Shown here: positions 11,710-19,658 of the stretch, one piece after another | Layout of the letters: each line of letters starts with the position of its first letter | How positions within the stretch are numbered: position 1 is the first letter of the stretch | DNA from: Carpediemonas membranifera BICM | Lineage: Eukaryota; Protista; Fornicata | NCBI GenBank assembly: GCA_019828565.1 | Contig: JAHDYR010000036.1 | Coordinates: 1-64,000, forward strand | DNA: 64,000 bases | Direction: 5' to 3' | Notes under the pieces: model-generated | Seen by the model: only the letters and a program-made list of their open reading frames with translations | What the model was told of the DNA's origin: nothing | Database searches by the model: none | Position numbers and translations under genes: made by a program

Positions 11710-11792
11710 TGAGCCATGGTGTAGATGGTATAGCAGATGTTGGTGAATACAAGAGGTGGTAGGTTCGAATCCCTCCTGGCACATCCTTTTTT
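11710..11792 (+). ncRNA. Degenerate tRNA-like Pol III cassette (copy 3)
   Basis: Same as copies 1-2, with a T6 tail. Confidence 0.7.
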
Positions 11793-13531
11793 GGACCTCG
11801 GCCATATCTCAGTCAATATTGGTCGTCATGCCTTGCAACTGCCCAGATTAGCTTGACTAGCCCTAAAGAACACATGGCAGTCAGATTTATTCAAGTTGTT
11901 TGGACATGACGAACGCTAAGCCGTTCAGGACTGAGCCACTGGCGCCGAGCGCAAACAGCGCATCCACGACCGCCCAATAGCGGTCCGGGTTCTTGGACAG
12001 CACCTTGGCGCGCTGGAGTGCCTTGTGCATGACCTGGGACGGTACAGCAGCCGCAGCGCCCCCTGCACCCCACCAACGCATAGCCATGAGATGTCCACCC
12101 CAGGCCAAGCCAGTGCCCGCCCCTCAGCCCGCGTCTCCTCTTGTGCACGACATCGAGAGCATATCGATCAGCTCGCCCTCTGCCTCGCCGTCCTCGCAAG
12201 GATACGTGCCCCCAAAGCGTTTGCGGACTACACCACCGCGCCGTATCCTCCCCAAGCGCTCGACTAGGGCCGCACCATCTCCCCTGAGAGAGTCAGCCCC
12301 CGCACCTGCCCGCAAGCTCGGCCGCCCTCGCTCTACCAAGTTCATCATCTACTCGGACAGCGAGGACGACGACGAACATCCCAAGAAGCCGAAGGGGTGC
12401 ATCACACCGAAGAAGGAAGGACGGACTTGCTTCAATCGTAAGAACTATTAGTATCGAAGTGGCAGTGGCCACATGTAAATGATTAACGAACGTAGAATGG
12501 GTAGGCAGGGCTACGGTCGGCTGCGCCTCCCTCTGCCCCCTGCACCCCCGGAATTGAAGACGGGGGGCTCCGTCATTCCTCCGGCTTCGTTCGGCTTCGC
12601 TCCGCTCCGGGCGCTCGTCGCTACGCTCCTCCCGCCCTCCGCTACGCTACACCTCTCTAAGCCTCCGTCACTCTCTCTGCCCCCTGCGACCCCCCGCGGA
12701 CTCCGCCCATGGCCTGTAACTACGTCAGATCACCCCACAAATTTTTGAATCTCGGGCTGTGATTTACATATGAAAAAATAAATACCCCCATCCTCCTCAG
12801 AGCATGTAATTATGTATTGTAGTGCGCACCCGTGTTCTCTTCCATTCCATACGCGTCACTCTAGACGTATTCACTCACCATGGACACAAAAAGGCTCTAT
12901 AAAAATTTGTTGAGGGCCTAAATCAAAAATCGGGGAAAATAACGTTCCTACACGTACGCAACATGATACAGCAGTATACTCTGTTTAGCTCCAGCATCAA
13001 TCCTTGAGGCCAGTAAAACCGGTCTTTGAACGCGGTTCGCCAGATTCGGATGGATATCGTGACTCAATCACACTGCGAGAGACTTTCAAAAATTCCAAAT
13101 CCAGCAGCCCGGAAGCCTCAGGCCTCGTGCTGTACTGCACAAGAAGTTAGCGATCGCGACTTTTGTCCTATAACTATTTATGCATAATTCAATGTAAAGA
13201 CGACGGAGTTGAATAGAGCTTAGGGCGGCGCCTCCGAGCTGACACGCACAGCTATCCAGAGAAGCAATCCGCAGCCCTGAACGCCGTCTGTAAGCATGTG
13301 CTCTGACCTCAAAGTCCAATTTTGAGGTCCCGTTTTTGAGCGGGAAAATTTAGTATAAAATATTTGCGTTGTCCCAGATTTCAATGCATGTTCGAAGGAC
13401 CCCTGGGGTAGGCTACACGCTGCATGTGTCGCCTTCCCTGGCAGGGGCCCAGGGGTCCCGTACCGGGACCCCCCAAAATCCGCAATACCTTACCATAACT
13501 TACCCAGTGGATTAACGAGGACTCGCCCCAC

Positions 13532-16500
13532 ATGCAGCTCGTCACTGCACCCGGTCAGGTCGGAACCCCATCGTACTGGCACAACGTCAAGCGTCACCTC
13601 CACGCTATTGTCATGACGATAGGAGCTCCACACCTCTTCTTCACATTCACTGTCGACCCGGCGTACATCACCAGCGAGATCCGCCGCCTGTATCGTGAGC
13701 TGAACGTCGACACCGGCCACTACAGCTTTGGAGACAACCCCGTGGACGAAACGCGCATTGCTCACGCATACTTCGAGCACATCACGCTTCTGCTCATGGC
13801 CGCCATCCCCTCTGCTCGACACATATTCAAGCGCATGGAGGAGCAAGAGCAGCTCGGCCTCCCCCACTACCACGTGGCTCTCTGGTGCGAGACTGAAGGC
13901 GTGCCCGATATTGGCGATGAGCTTGACCGCAGAGAGTTCTCCCCAGCGTTCGCAGAGCTAATCAACACATTTATCGGCGTCCAGCTCACCGAAGACGCTG
14001 CCCGGTATCAACTGCACACCCACAACTCATCATGCGAGGCCGCAGACGGCACATGCACAGAGGGCTACCCAAAGCCGGTCAACGATACTGCCCGCTACTC
14101 ATCCAAAGAGCGCCAGTGGCTCTACCGCCGAGAGGAGGCTGACCGCAACGTCGTGGAGTACTGCCCGCAGCTTCTGAAGTTCACCCACGGCCAGATGCAC
14201 GTCCGACCCATCTTCAACGCAGAGGGCATCGACTACATCGTCAAGTACATGCTGAAAACTGACGCCGAGACCGAGATCGACGTCACCGACAACAAGGCTG
14301 ACAAGGCCTACAGCACGTTCGCAACCATGCGTGTCATCTCCGTCTACACCATGGCATGGAGACTGCTTGGATACCGCACTTACTCATCCAGCATGGGCTA
14401 CAAGCACGTCCCAATCGACCAGCTGCCGCAACAGCGACTGTACTCTCCTTTCCATGGCTTCTGGGCAGCCCGGCTCGGCCCGATCGAGATGTACTTCCTG
14501 CGCCCAGAGAGTCTGGACAAACTCACGATCGTCCAGTTCTACCAGTGGTACGAACTCAAGCGCATCACTGTCGAGCAGTACGACGAGCTGGCAGCAGAGG
14601 ACGAGCCCATGCTTGTCAACGCAGACCACGCGGACCACGACCCCACCCTGTACAAGCAATACTTCTTCCGCTATCTCGTCAAGCGCAGACTCAAGATCAA
14701 GGCCGTGTCCTTCAACATGACCAGCCCAGAGGATGGCGAGAGGCACTACCAGGCGCTGCTGTTCCTGTCCAAGCCCTGGCGTTCTGACAAGGAGATTCGG
14801 TGCGGCAAGGGCGAGAACCCCGGCCCCTTCACGTCTTACTACAACGCATGCCGGCGCGAAGGCCTAGTGCACTCCACACCCCGCAACATGGTCGCCGACC
14901 TTGCCGAGTGCATCAAGACGAACGCCGACGCCGGAACCCTCGACCTCCAGGGCGCGATCGCGATGCTCAGAGCTGCTCTCCGCCGCAGGTTCTCACAGGA
15001 CGAGATCATGGCAGCGCTCACCGGCATCTCCACGCACGCGTTCTTTACAACAATGCAGCGCTACACCCTCAACTCCTTTAACGAGGCGTTCGTGAAGACT
15101 ACCACGGTCCTGCAGCTGTTCGACAAGCCCCTTCGCGTCTATACGCCCCAACCGGATATCACACTCAACGAGCAGCAGGCAGAAATCAAGTCGTTCGTCA
15201 GGCAGCGTATGCGGACCAGCTGTCACTTCATTGCCGTCGTCATGGGCAAGGCTGGCTCGGGCAAGTCACTCCTGATCAGAGAGATCGCCCACATGATTGC
15301 AGCAGACTTTGGACGCCTCGTGCTGGTCACAGGCTCCACTGGTGTGTCCGCTGCCCTCCTTGACGGCGCCACGATCCACTCGTTCTTCAAGTACAACGTC
15401 AGCGAGAAGTTCGAGGCACCCTCGCCTGGGTCCACCGAGCGCCTCATCCTCTCAAAGGTGTCGACCATCATCATCGACGAGGCTATGATGCTGAGCAGAG
15501 CTGATATCGCTGACATCAGCGACACACTGCGCCAGATCAGAGGTGGCGAGCTCCCCTTCGGCGGAGTCAACATGATCTTCGTGGGTGACCCGAACCAGCT
15601 TCCGCCCGTGCCAAAGAAGCACGCGGCTGTCCTATCCGCACTGCACTATCACTGGGAGCAGCACAACACGGCCAAGCTATTCGAGCTCCAGAGCTCATTC
15701 CGTCAGCAGGCCGACCCGGCGTTCACGGCCATCCTCGACGGCATCGCGTCTACGAAGATTGACAGCAGAAGACTCACGCCACTCTACAAGCGCGCAGTAC
15801 CAGACACGCCCGAGTCACTCAAGCTGATGATCAAGCTCATGCTTGAGGGGCACACCATGATCACAGCCCGCCGAGACAGAGCCCACAGCCTCAACCGCAT
15901 TGTCGTGAACACACTCGCAAAGTTAGACGGCTGCCCAGTCACTCAACTCGTGTCATATGTCGCCTGGGCGAAGGTTATCGATGGCGTTCCCGGGTTCTCG
16001 CGTTTCTCGTGCGGCACTGCCAACGTCCACTCGGAGCTAGAAGACACGTCGGCCAAAAGAGACTACCACGACCGCCTCGAGCGCATCGACTTCTGTGTCG
16101 GCTGCCGCGTCATCCTCACGTGGAACGTCATCACCGAGCTCGGCCTAGTCAACGGTGCGAAGGCAACCATCCTCTCGATCAACCAGTCCGACCCGTCAGT
16201 AGAGGTGCAGATGGCCGACTCAGGCCAGGTCCACATCATCCGCGAGATGTCCGTGAAACAGGGCATCTTCACACACACGTTCATCCCACTCATGCCGGCG
16301 TACGTCCTGACAATTCACAAGGCTCAGGGGCAGACGATCCCCCGTCTCATCGTCGACCTGCGGGAGAACATGAACTACAAGCAGGACCGCCGCTCTAACG
16401 ACTTCTGGGAGGTTGGACAGCTGTACACCGCCCTCTCTCGCGCCCCAACTCTCGACGCGCTCACGATATTCGGCGGAGTTGACACGCACGACAAGATGAC

Positions 16501-18622
16501 CGTCAACGGATTCACATTCAACACTGTCAAGCCGGTCCCAGAGCTGTTTCGCCCAATCCATACGAAGGTCGTCACATCCCGTGTGGACTTCCTGCACAGG
16601 AAGATGCTTCCCCTGACCGACATGATCGTCAGGCACACCACTCGAGAGGCCTTCGTCGACAACTCAGGCGTCAGCGTCGACGACAACACCAACGAGGTCG
16701 TCCGCAAGATGCTCAAGGTCAAAGACTGGATCAGGTTCGCCAACGCAGCGACCATGTACGCCAAGCGCAGCACCACCCGCGGCCCAGCCCTGCCCCGCAA
16801 GCGCCTCATCCCCGTTGCTCCGAAGCTGAAGAAGACTAAGCGCAAGCAGACCAAGCGTAACCCCCGCAAGCCCGGCGCGAAGAGCAAGCCCAGAGTGAGA
16901 CACATAGACACGGCCTTCAGCGACGCAGAGCTCGAATCAGACGTCGAACTCGAGGCGCTGACCGACTATGAGTGCGAAGACAACGTCGCTGCCATTGGGT
17001 TCGAGCCTCTCAACGCCACGTACCGCTCACTACACGAGCTGAACCTCACCCGCGTCCAGCGGAGCCTCGTACAGCGCTTCCGTCGCGACAACTTCTACCG
17101 CATCGAGAAACAGAACGAGGTGCACGAGCTCGCCGCAGCAGGCATCATCAGCGCGGAGGAGACCACTGCCATTGACCAATGGGTGCAGGAGGCGTCAAGC
17201 AAAGACCCTGGCACAGTCATATCGATCATCAGCAACGACACCGACGCGGCGAAAGAACTCCTCGACACAGCAGAGGCCGAGGACGCCAACGAGGCAATCC
17301 AGACTATTCTCTCCCGCATCGAAGAAGCACGCCGCGCCCAAGAGCATCCTCCAGCCGCCCACAAGCCTGCCCAGCCCAAGACCACGACCAAGCGCAAGGA
17401 CAAGCGGAAGCACAAACGCAAGAACAAGCCCACCATCGTCTTCGACATGGGCTCTCCCGAGTCCCCGCCTACACCTGACTACAGCAAGGGAGACGCGACA
17501 TACGCGCTCACTGTCCAACACCGCCGCAAGTCCCGCGAGAGAACAGAGCCGCCCACGCCCACCATTCCGGTAGTCGAGCCTCCAACGCAGCCAGAGGACG
17601 AGATGGCCAGCAAGTGCCCGCTGCTCAACCCCAGAAAGATCACGACCCGGGACTACAGCAACGCTCGGCTCTACGACAACGACGGCGGTGGCGACTGCGC
17701 CATCTTTGCCCTCGCCATGCGCACCAAGGCGTTCTACGACTTCTTCATGTCGCTTGGCACCGGCGACGACGTGGATGGACGCGTCAAGGTCTTCCGGCAG
17801 CGGTTCAGGCAGTACTGCTGTGACTACAGAGACCCCCACTCCCTCATATTCCTCGGCTTTGCCCCCGAGAGAGCTCACACGATCACGCTCGAGGGAACGT
17901 TCTTGAATATTCCCACCGTGTGGGCTTTCTACTGTCACGAGTGCGGCATCAAGAACGACTCGCTGATTCTGTACAAGAATCAGAACACGATTGAGTACAC
18001 CATCAGGCCTGCAGACGATGACCCCGACCGCCGCGTGCCCAAGTGCCAAGACGTCATCAACCCAGACAAGGCCATTCTCGCGACCGGCATCCGCTACAAC
18101 GACGGCATTCACTTTATGTGTGTCTTCCCCGAAGACGGGATCGAACGCCAGCTCGAGTACGTGGACTACTCGGCTGCAACGAGAGAAAGCGCCCTGAATC
18201 CAATCGAGATCTCTGACGATGACGAGCCGCCGCAGCGCCCCCCTGCCCCCCGCCAACGCATAGCCATGAGACGTCCACCACAGGCCAAGCCAGTGCCCGC
18301 CCCTCAGCCCGCGTCTCCTATTGTGCACGACATCGAGAGCATATCGATCAGCTCGCCCTCTGCCTCGCCGTCCTCGCAAGGATACGTGCCCCCAAAGCGT
18401 TTGCGGACTACACCACCGCGCCGTATCCTCCCCAAGTGCTCGACTAGGGCCGCACCATCTCCCCTGAGAGAGTCAACCCCCGCACCTGCCCGCAAGCTCG
18501 GCCGTCCGCGCTCAACCAAGTTCATCATCTACTCGGACAGCGACGATGATCCTCAGAAGCGGAGAGGAAGCCACTTGGCCAAGAAGGGCAAGCGGAACAG
18601 CTTCCACAACAAGCATGATTAA
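13532..18622 (+). CDS. Rep (HUH endonuclease)-PIF1 helicase-OTU-like protease polyprotein, N-terminally truncated, 1696 aa
   Basis: Rep: GTPSYW, GAPHLFFTFT, EQLGLPHYHVALW (HUH), QLHTHNSSC, YIVKYMLK. PIF1: GKAGSGKS, IIIDEAMM, FGGVNMIFVGDPNQLPPV, GLVNG, AYVLTIHKAQGQT, GQLYTALSR. OTU-like: DGGGDCAIFALA ... YNDGIHF. Confidence 0.95.
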   Translation: MQLVTAPGQVGTPSYWHNVKRHLHAIVMTIGAPHLFFTFTVDPAYITSEIRRLYRELNVDTGHYSFGDNPVDETRIAHAYFEHITLLLMAAIPSARHIFKRMEEQEQLGLPHYHVALWCETEGVPDIGDELDRREFSPAFAELINTFIGVQLTEDAARYQLHTHNSSCEAADGTCTEGYPKPVNDTARYSSKERQWLYRREEADRNVVEYCPQLLKFTHGQMHVRPIFNAEGIDYIVKYMLKTDAETEIDVTDNKADKAYSTFATMRVISVYTMAWRLLGYRTYSSSMGYKHVPIDQLPQQRLYSPFHGFWAARLGPIEMYFLRPESLDKLTIVQFYQWYELKRITVEQYDELAAEDEPMLVNADHADHDPTLYKQYFFRYLVKRRLKIKAVSFNMTSPEDGERHYQALLFLSKPWRSDKEIRCGKGENPGPFTSYYNACRREGLVHSTPRNMVADLAECIKTNADAGTLDLQGAIAMLRAALRRRFSQDEIMAALTGISTHAFFTTMQRYTLNSFNEAFVKTTTVLQLFDKPLRVYTPQPDITLNEQQAEIKSFVRQRMRTSCHFIAVVMGKAGSGKSLLIREIAHMIAADFGRLVLVTGSTGVSAALLDGATIHSFFKYNVSEKFEAPSPGSTERLILSKVSTIIIDEAMMLSRADIADISDTLRQIRGGELPFGGVNMIFVGDPNQLPPVPKKHAAVLSALHYHWEQHNTAKLFELQSSFRQQADPAFTAILDGIASTKIDSRRLTPLYKRAVPDTPESLKLMIKLMLEGHTMITARRDRAHSLNRIVVNTLAKLDGCPVTQLVSYVAWAKVIDGVPGFSRFSCGTANVHSELEDTSAKRDYHDRLERIDFCVGCRVILTWNVITELGLVNGAKATILSINQSDPSVEVQMADSGQVHIIREMSVKQGIFTHTFIPLMPAYVLTIHKAQGQTIPRLIVDLRENMNYKQDRRSNDFWEVGQLYTALSRAPTLDALTIFGGVDTHDKMTVNGFTFNTVKPVPELFRPIHTKVVTSRVDFLHRKMLPLTDMIVRHTTREAFVDNSGVSVDDNTNEVVRKMLKVKDWIRFANAATMYAKRSTTRGPALPRKRLIPVAPKLKKTKRKQTKRNPRKPGAKSKPRVRHIDTAFSDAELESDVELEALTDYECEDNVAAIGFEPLNATYRSLHELNLTRVQRSLVQRFRRDNFYRIEKQNEVHELAAAGIISAEETTAIDQWVQEASSKDPGTVISIISNDTDAAKELLDTAEAEDANEAIQTILSRIEEARRAQEHPPAAHKPAQPKTTTKRKDKRKHKRKNKPTIVFDMGSPESPPTPDYSKGDATYALTVQHRRKSRERTEPPTPTIPVVEPPTQPEDEMASKCPLLNPRKITTRDYSNARLYDNDGGGDCAIFALAMRTKAFYDFFMSLGTGDDVDGRVKVFRQRFRQYCCDYRDPHSLIFLGFAPERAHTITLEGTFLNIPTVWAFYCHECGIKNDSLILYKNQNTIEYTIRPADDDPDRRVPKCQDVINPDKAILATGIRYNDGIHFMCVFPEDGIERQLEYVDYSAATRESALNPIEISDDDEPPQRPPAPRQRIAMRRPPQAKPVPAPQPASPIVHDIESISISSPSASPSSQGYVPPKRLRTTPPRRILPKCSTRAAPSPLRESTPAPARKLGRPRSTKFIIYSDSDDDPQKRRGSHLAKKGKRNSFHNKHD

Positions 18623-18662
18623 ATCGGTAATTGTACAGACGTGATTACTGTAACAGCGGGTG

Positions 18663-18881
18663 CTACGGTCGGCTGCGCCTCCCTCTGCCCCCCTGCACCC
18701 CCCGGAATTGAAGACGGGGGGGCTCCGTTCGTTCCTCCGGCTTCGTTCGGCTTCGCTTCGCTCCGGGCGCTCGTCGCTACGCTCCTCCCGCCCTCCGCTA
18801 CGCTACACCTCTCTAAGCCTCCGTCACTCTCTCTGCCCCCCTGCGACCCCCCGCGGACTCCGCCCATGGCCTGTAACTACG
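18663..18881 (-). other. Cluster of C-GNA-G ssDNA mini-hairpin motifs downstream of the ORF (also at about 4587-4802, 9126-9340 and 12511-12724)
   Basis: 15 CTNCG pentamers counted on the + strand in ~220 bp (CGNAG on the - strand), including GCGAAGC, GCGTAGC and GGCGCAGCC. Confidence 0.7.
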
Positions 18882-19551
18882 TCAGATCACCCCACAAATT
18901 TTTGAATCTCGGGCTGTGATTTACATATGAAAAAATAAATACCCCCATCCTCCTCAGAGCATGTAATTATGTATTTTAGTGCGCACCCGTGTTCTCTTCC
19001 ATTCCATACGCGTCACTCTAGACGTATTCACTCACCATGGACACAAAAAGGCTCTATAAAAATTTGTTGAGGGCCTAAATCAAAAATCGGGGAAAATAAC
19101 GTTCCTACACGTACGCAACATAATACAGCAGTATACTCTGTTTAGCTCCAGCATCAATCCTTGAGGCCAGTAAAACCGGTCTTTGAACGCGGTTCGCCAG
19201 ATTCGGATGGATATCGTGACTCAATCACACTGCGAGAGACTTTCAAAAATTCCAAATCCAGCAGCCCGGAAGCCTCAGGCCTCGTGCTGTACTGCACAAG
19301 AAGTTAGCGATCGCGACTTTTGTCCTATAACTATTTATGCATAATTCAATGTAAAGGCGACGGAGTTGAACAGCGAATTTTTTGTGCCCCCTAGGAAACC
19401 CATAGCACTGTACAATGCAGTAATCCGCAGCCCTGAACACCGTCTGTAGCGTGTGCTCTGACCTCAAAGTCCAATTTTGAGGTCCCGTTTTTGAGCGTGA
19501 AAATTTAGTATAAAATATTTGCGTTGTCCCAGATTTCAATGCATGTTCGAA

Positions 19552-19658
19552 GGACCCCTGGGGTAGGCTACACGCTGCATGTGTCGCCTTCCCTGGCAGG
19601 GGCCCAGGGGTCCCGTACCGGGACCCCCCAAAATCCGCAATACCTTACCATAACTTAC
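19552..19658 (+). other. Element right terminus: nested inverted repeats, perfect 9-bp hairpin and telomere-like tail
   Basis: GGACCCCTGGG (19552-62) / CCCAGGGGTCC (19603-13); GGGGTCCCG-TAC-CGGGACCCC (19607-27); ends AATACCTTACCATAACTTAC. Identical in all four long copies. Confidence 0.9.

Larger units (their letters stand above)
10145..13503 (+). mobile_element. Non-autonomous Helitron-like element, copy 3
   Basis: Same termini; has the 121-bp duplication; 3 full 422-bp units; right end fused directly into the RepHel ORF of copy 4. Confidence 0.88.
13504..19658 (+). mobile_element. Left-truncated autonomous Helitron-like (Helitron2/Helentron-type) element, copy 4
   Basis: Carries the RepHel ORF and the shared ~1-kb right end; no left end, and the reading frame is open right up to the junction at 13504. 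Confidence 0.92.

Noticed and set aside
17195-18379. 394-aa antisense ORF, and many similar shadow ORFs over GC-rich genes
   Set aside because: They overlap well-supported genes on the other strand or frame and are expected from high GC3 codon bias.
13504-19658. Host PIF1 gene, Y'-type helicase element or telomeric retrotransposon
   Set aside because: The helicase is fused to a full HUH/Y2 Rep domain, and the element has no RT motifs or poly(A) tail.
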